Shown: piece after piece, positions 1 to 11,600 of the stretch
Layout: every line of letters starts with the position of its first letter
Position numbering within the stretch: position 1 is the first letter of the stretch
Source: Euprymna scolopes
Taxonomy: Eukaryota
Length of the DNA: 64,000 bases
NCBI GenBank assembly: GCA_053919585.1
Contig: CM132795.1
Strand: one strand, 5' to 3'
Program-made: the position numbers and the translations under genes
The notes under the pieces: generated by a model
The model's database searches: none
Told to the model about the DNA's origin: nothing
The model's input: only the letters and a program-made list of their open reading frames with translations

Positions 1-220
1 TTTAATTATAATAATTTTAATAATGAAAATGATTTTGATATTGATAATAATTTTAATAATACTAATGATAATTTAAATAATGATGATTTTGATAATAATA
101 ATAATAATAATACTCTTTAAAATACTGATGAAAATTTTAATAATAATAATTTTAATAATGAAAATGATTTTAATATTGATAATAATTTTAATAATACTAA
201 TGATACTTTAAATAATGATG

Positions 221-251
<31 letters not shown>

Positions 252-985
252 TAATCTTTAAAATACTGATGATAATTTTAATTCTAATAATTTTAGTAAT
301 AATAATAATAATAATAATAATTTTAATAATTAAAATGATTTTAATAATGATAATAATTTTTCTAATACTGATGATAATTTTAATAACAATATTTTTAATA
401 ATAATAATNNNNNNNNNNNNNNNNNNNNNNNNNNNNNNNNNNNNNNNNNNNNNNNNNNNNNNNNNNNNNNNNNNNNNNNNNNNNNNNNNNNNNNNNNNNN
501 NNNNNNNNNNNNNNNNNNNNNNNNNNNNNNNNNNNNNNNNNATAATAATGATAATATTTTTAATAATAATAATTTTAATAATTTTTATAATAATAATTTT
601 AATAATAATAATATTTTTAATAATAATAATTTTAATAATATAATGATTTTAATAAGAATCATTATTTTCACAATAATAATTTCTAAAATAATGATAATTT
701 TTTATAATAATAATAATTTAAATAATAATAATAATTTTAATGATGATACTAATATTGATAATAAAATATTTTAATACTAATAACGATTTTAATAATAAAA
801 ACATTTTTATAATAATAATTTTAATAATAATAAAAACATTTATAATTATAATTAGTTTAATAATAATAATAATGATTTTAATAAAAATAATTTAATTACA
901 ATTTTAATAATAATAATAATAATAATAATTTTGATAACAATATTTTTAATAATAATTTTCATAAAAATAATGATGATAAACATAA
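1..985. repeat. (AAT)n-derived low-complexity satellite with a ~135-bp higher-order period, interrupted by an N-gap (409-541)
   Basis: Almost pure AAT/TTT/GAT triplets; block AATTTTAATAATGAAAATGATTTT recurs at ~13 and ~148. Confidence 0.9.
409..541. other. Assembly gap (N run)
   Basis: Run of N. Confidence 1.
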
Positions 986-1121
986 NNNNNNNNNNNNNNN
1001 NNNNNNNNNNNNNNNNNNNNNNNNNNNNNNNNNNNNNNNNNNNNNNNNNNNNNNNNNNNNNNNNNNNNNNNNNNNNNNNNNNNNNNNNNNNNNNNNNNNN
1101 NNNNNNNNNNNNNNNNNNNNN
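986..1121. other. Assembly gap (N run)
   Basis: Run of N. Confidence 1.
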
Positions 1122-1125
1122 AACA

Positions 1126-1459
1126 TGTAGAAATACATATCCATGGATGAAAAATCAGAATCAAGGGGTGATTGAGATTATCCAACAGATGGATATGCTG
1201 AAAGTAGCTGAAATCATAATGGAGACGCACCCCTACTGCCTGGAATAATGAGCTATTCCATGACGTTACTTCCGTTCATGAGGTCACTTCCGGGTAACGA
1301 CGACCGGTTTACCAATTCAGTCAGAGACGGACACGCGAAGAGCATGGTCATCACCACTAGTCCAACAGTGAGCTCGATTATCTCTTTCATGTGTGTTCGT
1401 TAATACATATTCATTTAACCGTTACTGTGTCTTCCTCCTCAATTATCTAAATACTAACA
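1126..1459 (+). mobile_element. Possible solo LTR
   Basis: Starts TGTAG and ends CTAACA; flanks nAACA / CAACA could be a 5-bp TSD, but the left flank abuts the gap. Confidence 0.3.
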
Positions 1460-1469
1460 CAACAACACC

Positions 1470-1990
1470 TAAGGAAGACACTTGAATGTGGAAAGTAACT
1501 GACATAATCTAAAAATCTTAACCGCTTATATAAAAACTGCAATAGAAGTATAACAAAAAGATAACGGAACCTCACATGAAACCAAGAAAATCGAAACTGC
1601 AAAATTGTAAGCTAACTACCTCCCGGCAATATGTTGTGTCGGCATCGATTAACGTCACACTAGATTGCCGAGAAGTGCCAAAAAGGATGAAAAGACTCAG
1701 GAGAGAAAGCTCTAACTAGACCTCCGCTGGATGAGTTCAAAGAGGACTGAGACCTTGATGAGGCCTGTTATCACCCAAATTCTAGTGAAAGCCAATGATC
1801 GGTTGCAGCAAGAAGTCAATGGCAAGTGACCGTTGCGATCATACAAATTTATTTGCAAAGGTTATCAAAAGAGGTGAAGAATACTAGGAATCTGGGGAGA
1901 CATTGTCACCCAATCTCCAGGGAACACCACCGGTTGTTGTCTGCGATTAATCTCTGACGAGGACCTGCGTGAGTACTCTTAGTGAGTACA

Positions 1991-2032
<42 letters not shown>
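1470..2032 (+). mobile_element. 3' end of an R4/Dong-type non-LTR retrotransposon with (AAT)14 tail
   Basis: 1750-1990 is homologous to 2820-3070; ends in (AAT)n at 1991-2032. Confidence 0.65.
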
Positions 2033-2033
<1 letters not shown>

Positions 2034-3117
2034 TGAAAGCAAACACCATCAGATCTACAGAAATGAAAGGGAACATTGGAAAAGAATACCTGAGACACAC
2101 AATGAAAATCTTAGAAACAAAACTATATAGTAGAAATCTAGTTAAAGGAATGATCACCTGGACAGTATTACTAATGAAATACTTTGAAAGATTCATAGGC
2201 TAGATCAAAGAAGATCTTAGGCATCTTAGTCAAAAGACGAGGCAACTAATGACCATATACAGTGCACTACACCAGAAACATAATAGTGCTGGAATCTACA
2301 TGAAAAAAGGAAGGAGTAAGAATAGAAGACTGTGGAGAAGGCACAAAAAAGATGTAGAATAATACACAACACAGAACGACTGATTAATGTAGCAATTAAT
2401 ACCATAAAAATGAACAGTATAGGAAATAGCAAAATCAGAAACAAAAAGGAAAGGAAAATGCGCAAAGAAACAGCTACATGGACGATTCATGGGAATAATA
2501 AGAAAAGAAAATCACAAAAGCACATGGGCATGGCTAAGAAAAGAACGCTTAAACAGAGAGACGGAATCGCTACTGACAGCTGAACAGAACAATGCGATTA
2601 GAACTAATTACATTAAAGCTAAAATAGATAAAACCCATTAAATGTAGGAAATATAGGAACGTCGCATGAAATGAAGTGAAACTGTTAGAAATGTTAGAAC
2701 TGTACCCCCACAAAAAAGGGGCATCAGCTACAGAAAATAATTGTGAAGGATTATGGAGGTTGGAAAGATCGGAGAGAGAGTGAGAGAGTACTAATCAGAT
2801 ATCCACTGGAAAAGTATAAGGAAAACTTAGGACCTTGAGAAGGCTTTTTTTACCCAAATCACAGAGAAAACCAATGGCCATTGCCAGTGAATAGTCAATG
2901 GTAAGTGACTATTACGATAACGCAAAGTCATTTGCAAAAGTTATTGAAAGAGGTGGAAATTACTGGAAATCCGAGGAGATTTGTTGACTAAAAAACTCTT
3001 GGGAACACCGCCGGTTATAATCAGTTAGTAATATATGTTGATAACCTGTGCGGAAAACTCCTAGTGTGTAAAAAAAAAAATAAATAAATAAAAAAAAAAA
3101 TAATAATAATAATAATT
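2033..3117 (+). mobile_element. Decayed, 5'-truncated R4/Dong-type non-LTR retrotransposon
   Basis: Peptide remnants typical of the post-RT region: KILETKLYSRNLVKGMITW and WLRKERLNRETESLLTAEQNNAIRTNYIKAKIDKT; A-rich/(AAT)n tail; many stops and frameshifts. Confidence 0.75.
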
Positions 3118-3674
3118 TTAAAAAATTAAAATTAAGTTCTGGCCGAGAATATATGTACCTGTATATTTTCCATACACTGAACACTCTTTAAATGTAATCC
3201 CACATTACATGGAAAATTCTGTCTGTTGGTCGATATGTCATGTTTCAATTTCAAATAACGTTTCCGTCGTTAAACGTGCAGGTTAAATAGTCGCATCTTA
3301 TTTTAGATTAATCCACGCATTCCTGTCTGTCTGTCTGTCTGTCGACTGATCGGTTCCGTTGATCTTTGAAATAGAATCTCTTCTACTCTGCACTAGTGCA
3401 TAAGCCTGAAATTCCACCTAAACCCTGATTAAACCCTAAACCTGCAATTTAGAAAAGCAACTTCTACTCTATTACTAACGTTGGAATTAAAAAAAAAAAA
3501 AAAAAAAAACGAAACTTTGAAATAACAATTTTAATTAAAATATTGCTTTTTGTTTCGAAGACATAGTTTTAAACTTTAATCCTGCAGTTAAAATTTAAAA
3601 AAAAAACTCACCCTATAAACATTTTAAAATTAAATTATGAGAATAGCCGATGGGGACTAGCGAACGTTCACAAT

Positions 3675-3840
3675 AAATTCCGGAAACACGTATTTCTAAA
3701 AATATAATCATGCCCAAAAAATTAAAGTGCATTTGGTGACGTAACTATGATGTAAATGAATACAAAATGGCGTAGGATGATCTAAACCAGCGGCTGCGAA
3801 ATTCTTGAGGCTGTAGAATTAAAAAAAAGACAACAAAGGT
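3675..3840 (+). promoter_or_regulatory. Candidate housekeeping-type promoter / first exon
   Basis: CCGGAA (ETS-like, 3680), TGACGTAA (CRE-like, 3737) and CAAAATGGCG (YY1-like, 3763) within 100 bp, followed by a donor-like AAG|GTATT at 3838/3839. Confidence 0.3.
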
Positions 3841-5670
3841 ATTCTTGAATTTATTTGTGAGTTTAATTTTTTTAAAAAGAAACCGTAACTGAAATCCTTT
3901 TAAAATCCGTGAAAGCAGGATCTTCTCACATAACTTGTGACTACCTGCCTAACGAAATGATAACTGAGCCTCTAAGAGGAACGCGTGATCAAAAGAAAAA
4001 ACGATTTTTGACACTTAATGAACAGAAACAGATGAAATATTCTAAATACTTAACATCTTTCGTAATCATTAATTCATCCCACTGACGTTTCCAACTAAGA
4101 AGAAGAAGGCAACAATTTTGCAGCCACGACACAATCCACATGTGGCACCCAGATAAAGGCACTAAAATATCAAACCTGAATAAATTGCCATTAAAGTATT
4201 TTTATGTATTTTCAAATGGATATTTTCTTTAAATACAGGTACAGTACACCGGGTACGACACCAATGAAAAGGTATTTGAACTGCTAGGTTTTAAGTATAT
4301 GCCCCGATGATGGTGATGTGTAGCAGTCGATATTTACACATCGACGTACGAAATCAAAATACACTATTGCGTTTGTACGCATGTCGTCTGCGCACACACT
4401 ATCTTAAATAAAAACAAATAATTATATTTTGGACCAATCAGAAAACTCCCTGAGTTGATTTGAAATGGTCATTCTGAAAACTACCTAAATCTTCTAAAAA
4501 GCGAAATTTTTATTCAATAAACCAGTGGAGCCCAGTTGACCCGAATTTGCGGATCATTGTCGCTAGGCACCCTATTGGGGGCACTTTCCTCGACCATATC
4601 TCTTCACTCACACGCACAAAAACATTAACAAACACACAGACACACACAACTCATGGTCTCATTATCGTCTACAAATCTATCTTATTAATATAAAAACAAA
4701 TGAACATTGGCTCTTATAAACAACTTTCAATGAATTATAATTTATAAAATGAATAGAGAAGTTTTGATAGCAATTTACCTTGCCCCTGAAATTCACGGCT
4801 CTTAATTAATCGATCCATATTTTCTCTAATGTCTAAGCTAATGAACCCCTTGTTTTTACGAGAACTCTAAAAGTATTCTATGTTTTCCTATTGCTGTGGT
4901 TTCCATTTTAAATAATATATAAAGTATCTCTCGTTTTTTGTTTTTTTTAAATATACGCCTTTTTAACTCATTATTTTGTTTTGATTACCGTGTGACAATG
5001 TCTCCTGTTATTCACACATTTGATTTTAAAACCTGCAAAACCTTTTCACTAAAAATATTTCTATGAATCCGGCTCATCCCAAAAATACTTATCTCGTTAC
5101 AAAACACCCTAAAACACCCAAACCGGCGTGAACATATTCCTAAAAAGAACTGGTGGCCGAAATACCATAGTGATCCATTCTATTCCACTAGCGGAACATC
5201 TGTAGTAAGTGAGGAGTTGTGGTTTCATGAGGTTCAACAGAATAAACGGGAGCACGACGTCTAAGATGTATTTCATAACTATAGGAATAAGCAAACCTTC
5301 TATGCACACGCATAATATCTGTCGTCCTCTTACTTTCCTCGCTTTGCATTTGCACATATAATACACGCCATCATCTTATGTTCATTTGCGCCTTTCATTT
5401 GCATGCGTATAGTAGATGTTATGTTTCTGTCCTTAAAAGTCATCTCGTATTAAAATATTGAAAGCTTCGAAAATACTTACACATAGTCACTATATTACTG
5501 TAACATTATCTTGACAACTTGCTAATAGTTTTATAACGATTTGGTTCAATTCATAATTTAATTATCAAACGTTGCCTGATGGTCTTTGATTTCATTTTTT
5601 GTTTAATTTCCTTTTTTTTTAAAATAATGCAATAGCGTAAAATATAAACAAAATTAAAAAACGATCTTGT

Positions 5671-5812
5671 ATTATTTCGATTATTCACACTATTGTTCTC
5701 ATCTTGGATGGTATTCTCACAACGTTTCAGCCTATGTAACCTCCTACATGGACCGAAACGTTGTGAGAGTAAAACTGAAGCTGAGAATAATAGTCTGGAT
5801 AATTGAAATAAT
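5671..5812. mobile_element. Penelope-like inverted (tail-to-tail) terminal-repeat remnant
   Basis: Imperfect palindrome centred on loop 5739-5744; each arm carries (C/T)GAAACGTTGTGAGA, resembling the 3' half of the hammerhead found in Penelope pLTRs. Confidence 0.55.
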
Positions 5813-6394
5813 TCAAATGACGACTCCTCATTTTAAGAATACTGAAACATAAAAAGAATCCTATTAAAAATATGAAATTAAATTAACCAGAATTCATTTT
5901 GATTTTTTTCCTAAACAAAGCATTCATTTTAATCTTTTGTTGATAATTGAGTAAGATTACTTGGAAATTAGAAGGGAATTCGAAATACTATTTATTTAAA
6001 AAAAACAACTTAATTACGTAATTAAATCAACCAGAATGCATTTCTGTTTCACGCGAACAAGACACCCAATTTAATTATTTGTTGATAATTGAATAAAACT
6101 ACTTCATGAGTTCGTAAAATCACTTTATGGGTTCCTTGAAATTAAGAAAAGAAATTCGGAAGCCTTTAAACTATTGAATAGAAAGTAATTTGATAATTTT
6201 GGATTTTTAAAAATACAATGATTTTCAGAGATTACAGCGACACTCCAGTAACAACAAATTTTTATATTCTGCATCCAATTAATACTTTAATGATTAAATA
6301 ATATTGTGACGATGAAAGTTCAATATCAATTTCTAAATCAAAAAATGTTTTTGTAAAAAAAATAATTTCGTAACAAAAAGGTATAGTTAAAAAA

Positions 6395-7069
6395 TGTGGG
6401 GATTCGGTCCATCAACTGAAAGGGGTTGTGAAGGCTCGAAAATTCGCAAAGTGAACACTTAACTTGAAGTTGTAACTTTAAGGATGTGTGTATACAAAAA
6501 CTTTGGCAAGTTTATCTGGAATCCTTCTGATCTGTAAGGCAGATATTTTTTAGTACGTTTCAACGTCGGTAATTTGAGGATTGCTGACATCGATTCCTTT
6601 TGCAGGAAGCTAAAATGTTCAATTGTATCCGTGGCGGGGTTATTTCAACATCATTGAGTAATGTTCCCCAACGAAGGAGAAATAACAATCCATGCTCCCT
6701 TATCGAGGGAGAAAAACAATCCTACTCGATCTAGGAAGGAAGAGAGTTCAACACTTGAAGAGTCACGATTTAATTATCGCAACAAAGTTGAAAGTACAAT
6801 ACAGTCAAAATATGTTTCCAAAGGGAAAAATTAATACAATATCCCATTTTAGGGAATAACTGCAGAGACATTGAGTTCCTTAATGCCTTTCTGCATCTGA
6901 ATAAATCGGAAAAAAAAACATTCTCTAATAATTGGATATAATTCGATACAATTCGACACGTGTGGTTGTGGTGAAATTTTTACAGGAGCTGATATTTCCC
7001 TTACTTTGAGTTTGGCGCGAAAAACAAAGTCTCCAACGAAATCTCGTCTACGAGGTTTGTCTAAAAATA
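6395..7069 (-). repeat. LTR(-plus-leader) repeat of the BEL element, left copy
   Basis: Colinear with 14129-14622 + 19732-19863 (e.g. TCACGATTTAATTATCGCAACAAA, TTTGAGTTTGGCGCGAAAAACAAAGTCTCCAAC). Confidence 0.8.
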
Positions 7070-7190
7070 GCTCATTGACCTCCTAGTTTAAAATAAACAA
7101 CCACCATGCAATTGCAAGTGTTAACATGCGAATTCACGACACAGTTCCCTCAAAAGGAGCAAAAAGTAATGAATATTCATTACTTTTTTG

Positions 7191-7861
7191 GTACTTCTGC
7201 AGTTTAAAGCCTGTTTTTCCGATAATCTCGCTCAACGGATGATGACAACCGCCGGATTATACCAAGCAAACGGAAGTCAATAAAAGGCGAACAAAAAATA
7301 AAGAAAATAAAACAAACAACTTACCGTAATAGTTTCATAAATTTTACTGTTTTATTTATTTTTTATGGGAGCTGTGTTTTTTTCGTTTTTTTTTGTTTTT
7401 TTTTGAGGGGGTGAATGAAAGTTTTGTTTCTTTAAATTAATAAACAAATATATTTTTTGTTTTGTTTGTGTATAGAAAGTTATTTTGGTACATTTTTTAC
7501 GACCTTTCCCAGCGTAGTATAAACACCCCCAACCTCGACATGTTAAGAACGGCTTTCGGAATAAACCCTCCATGTTAAAAACGGCTTTCGGAATAAACAC
7601 CCCCAACCTCCCCATGTTAAAAACAGCTTTCGAGGTTTGGAGGTGTTTATTCCGAAAGCTGTTCTTAATATGGGGAGGTTAAAGGTGTTTATACTATGTT
7701 GGGGGCTGCCCTTTCTTTTCTTTTCTTTTTAAACTCTTTTCTTTCCTTTCTTTTTTTTCCTTTACCATCTGCTCGCTCGCGTCTCTTTTTGTTCGCTTAT
7801 CATTCACCGGACGTTGCTAAATGACACACACGGAAAAACAAACTTTAAACTGCAGAAGTAC
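7191..7861. mobile_element. MITE with ~30-bp TIRs
   Basis: GTACTTCTGCAGTTTAAAGCCTGTTTTTCCG ... CGGAAAAACAAACTTTAAACTGCAGAAGTAC; TSD not resolved. Confidence 0.7.
7508..7703. mobile_element. Small foldback/MITE nested in the 7191-7861 MITE
   Basis: CCCAGCGTAGTATAAACACC...GCTTTCGGAATAAAC versus GTTTATTCCGAAAGCTG...GGTGTTTATACTATGTTGGG, with internal tandem copies of the arm motif. Confidence 0.6.
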
Positions 7862-7989
7862 TTTTTTTATATGAAAAAAACTTGAACAGGATGCCTCCTC
7901 ATATGTCAATTTACAAGTCAAGTTTAACTTCTAAGGTTCTCATTTCAATTTTAATAAATACTTCAATTTAGTGATGCCACTAAAGCCAA

Positions 7990-8362
7990 CAACCTGGTAT
8001 TTTACCTTGTGGTACATACAGCACCTCGCCTTCCCAAATGGTCACCACTCTGGTACTGGCCAGGCTCAACGTTGCTTAACTTCAGTGATCTGGCGAAAAC
8101 CGGTGTGTCAACATGATTGTGCCATATATACCATGAGGTAAAATACCAGGTTGAGAAACTGGCACAGGCTATCCTTCTCTCAAGAGTAGATGGGACTCTT
8201 TTAAGCCGTGGTAGGCACCCCGTCTAGTGATGGTGTCACGATAAAAAAATACCCTTGATAGCCCTAGCGAAGCATCAAGTATTAAGTTACCTACAGAATT
8301 CGAATTACACTGCAAACTTGTGTAGTGAGTTCAATCTCGGCTACGGCAACGCTGGATGATGG
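7990..8362 (+). mobile_element. 5S-rRNA-derived SINE (SINE3-like) with inverted 5' part and 11-bp TSD
   Basis: TSD ACTAAAGCCAA at 7979-7989 and 8363-8373; 8017-8125 reads on the minus strand as 5S-like (CACCGGTTTTCGCCAGATCACTGAAGTTAAGCAACG...GTGACCATTTGGGAA...GTGCTGTA). Confidence 0.75.
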
Positions 8363-8659
8363 ACTAAAGCCAAGAATACTACATATTTCAAGAATATTAA
8401 CATTATCTCTTTTCTTTTCTGAATTAATTTACAGCTTTTGTAACAAATAATGAATATCTAATTGTTTCACTAAAATTTAACTCAAGGTTATAAGAGAATC
8501 AAGTAATTAATTGTTACAACTTTGTAATTAGTAATAAATATCCAATTGTTCTATTATTTTTTTGTCTCTAGGTATATCTTTATTTTTCCTAATAAGACAA
8601 GGGAAGATTAATACGGGTGCTTAACATATCAGCATTAGTAGAAGAATACCCTGAGCCTT

Positions 8660-11600
8660 ACAATTTGGACAAAGCAAACCGTCATTTTTAACAGAACAAG
8701 TAGGACAGAAATAAAAGCCCCTTCTTCAAATTCAGTTCATGCATGATCCGCAGAGGAAACATCCAAGGGGTAAAAATGTCTTAGAGAATGAATTTATTCA
8801 TAACCATTCCTTGATATACACCTGCAATGAACTTATTCAACTTTCTCAGGAATAAGATGAAGAACTTTAGCAAGGTTGCAGAATGGCCAGGTCCGGTTTG
8901 GCAATTTCACTAGAACATCACAGACTGATATTATTTCAGTAACATTTATCCTATTTCTATCTCTCTCCTCAAAAGAGAGAAGATATTCGTTTTACCAAAC
9001 TTTGTGGAATTTCTTCACAAATTCCTCTCCTGCAGAGATTTTAATACTTGCACCCTACTTGAAGGGTCAGCACACAGCTCATCGACCTCCTAGTTTCCCA
9101 ATATCAACCGTGGGGTATGTAGGAAATGATTGAGAGTCAGAATGTTCAATCCCTCTTCAGCAGAATTACCATAGGTGAGAGGTCTGATATTAACAGCATT
9201 CTTCGCGTCAGAAACAATTGTTAGGATGTTGAAATACTCAAATTTCTTCCTTCAAATTAATTTGTTTAAACATCATTTAACGGTTTGCATCATACATTCC
9301 TCGCATCTCCATGCCATGCAGAAAAAGGGGAATGGTGATATGGATGACCAAAGTTGATCTGAATTGTGTCTTTTGATTTGTCAAAAAAAAAAAAGTACTT
9401 CAGACATTATAATACCTGCTGCCCAGAACGTCTTGGCATTATCTGAATATACATCAGAAGGTACACTGAATAGGTTTGTAAATTGGACAAATGTCAGCAG
9501 GAATGACCAAGTGCTCATGTCAGGCAACCATTCTAAGTACATTGCTATGAGACTCATACATGTAAATAGTAAGATGTACATTTTGGCTTCTTCTTCATTT
9601 GTCTTTACCCAAACCTGTCCTGTAAAATTAACCCAAACCTGCTGGAATAGATGAATAAAATTCGCTCTATGTGCAGGCAACAAAGCCTGTTAGAGCCTCG
9701 AATGGCAAAGAATTAATATTTCTATTAACAATACAATGACGAAGAACACATTTTATCGACTGTCTTTCCTGAGGAATCCAAGATCCCATAAATCCCAACT
9801 TAGCCAATGTCGAACTTGTTCTGAGATGGCAACAATCTTTCATGATCACAAATTCGGTTTAATTATGACGTTTTCCCAACAAAATATGATGTTTGATGGC
9901 ATAAGACTGGACATCAGAACTCTGAATCCTACCTTAGTTCTTAACAAAACTTTACTGTCAATAAACAGTCCAAGGGTAGTAACTGTAGGTGGAAAATTCC
10001 TTCCAGACGGTTCGTTTAGATATTGCAATTCACAGGGGAATTCCATCCTCTGCATAGAAGAAGGAACATTAATTTTGCTCTATCAACAATATCAGCTTGT
10101 CGATGTTTCAACTTCTCGACAAACAGCAAGATATTCTCCAGAACATTGATTACCTTTGTCAATGATGAGAAATTTGAAATATCAAAAAGTAAAATATTCC
10201 TGTCTGCTGTAGAATCATCAGTAAATAAGCAGGAAACAATTTATTCATGTCCGTAACGGAGCAATCGGCCACTCCATGCCGAAGCAACATACTCAATCAG
10301 GGCCATATACCCATAAATCATAGACTTGTCTGAATTTAGTAAAAGAGCGACATCTAGTAAGAAGATCAGCAGGGTTTTCCAAAGAAGGAATCTATTTAAA
10401 TTGAGGTGAAATTCCATCAACTTTAATTATCTCTAACATTTTTCTGACATCCTTTATTCAGTTTTCGATAAAAGGATTTCCTTTGGTTAACTCTTCATTC
10501 AGAACCCAAGATAAAGCTACTTGAACATCAGAAACGATATACAAGGATTGAATGTCGATAGGCTTCAAAGATTTCAAGACACTGGAAATAACCATAAGGG
10601 CAAAATTGATTGCCATAAGTTCCAAGGTACGAAGAATCTTCCTTTTAAGAGGGGCTACACTAGATTTTGCAAAGATTAGAAGACATTTTATCCCCAGCTT
10701 TGCATACAGGGAGAAGCAATAAACCTCTTTCGAGGCTTCATAAAATCACAGAAATTCCATGAGAATACCTTTGCACAAGGCTTTGCTAGGGAACTCTACC
10801 TCAATCAACCCATATAATTCTACAATCAGTACCCTCCAAGTATCGAGGACCTCTCCTGAAACCTCCTCATTCCAAGACAACTTCAACTCCCAAAGTTTAC
10901 TAATTAGAATTTTTTCTCAAATAACGATGGGAAGAAATAAGGACAAAGGATCATAAACCATAGAAAACTATGCTAAAAGACTGCACTTATTTTTGACATC
11001 AGAATATGAATCGACCGGCTTCAGTGCCCCTTCTATGAGATGATTCGAGCATTTTGGAAGACCACAAATAGAATTGGTGAAGGAAGGCGAACTATATGGT
11101 TTCTGTTTCTTAAAGATTTTCCTAAAACAGAACTTAAAAAACTGTGCTAAAAGACTGCACTTAGGTGGGTGCAAGACTCACTGAATACTTCTCAGGGTGA
11201 TACAAGTATCCCAAGATCCTTTCAGACTCATGGAGAGGAAGGAAAGCGCTCCCATGCTTAATCATTTTCTCCTACAAAATCTCATTGTTGGTGTTATAGA
11301 TTGTATTTCAAACCTAGCTTCCTTCAGCCGGATTCTTCTGGAATGATAAATGGACCTACATAACTCTAAATCGCTACTGGTCTTAATCAGGTTATCGATG
11401 TAAAAATTGTTGGGCAACACTGAATGAATTTTCTTTACAAAGAAACTGTTCTGCATGATACTTGAGTATAAAACTCAAATTAGTAGGCTGGCATTGAAGC
11501 CAAGAATAATAGATTTATATCTGAAGGTACACAACCGATCGTCTTCCTTCAAAAAGAAAGAAAACCTACTTTTGTCCTTTTCGGTCCTCAAACGGATCTG

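Noticed and set aside
215-1248. Ile-rich ORFs (and the Asn-rich alternative frame) at the window start
   Set aside because: Translations of an AAT satellite that run through N-gaps; the Asn frame has TAA stops at 118-120 and ~259-261.
3415-3445. CCCTAA telomere-like motifs (also ~40240-40262)
   Set aside because: Only two or three scattered imperfect units.
8017-8125. 5S rRNA gene (also ~20548-20640 and ~57490-57597)
   Set aside because: Diverged, lacks the terminal helix and T-run terminator, fused to SINE bodies.
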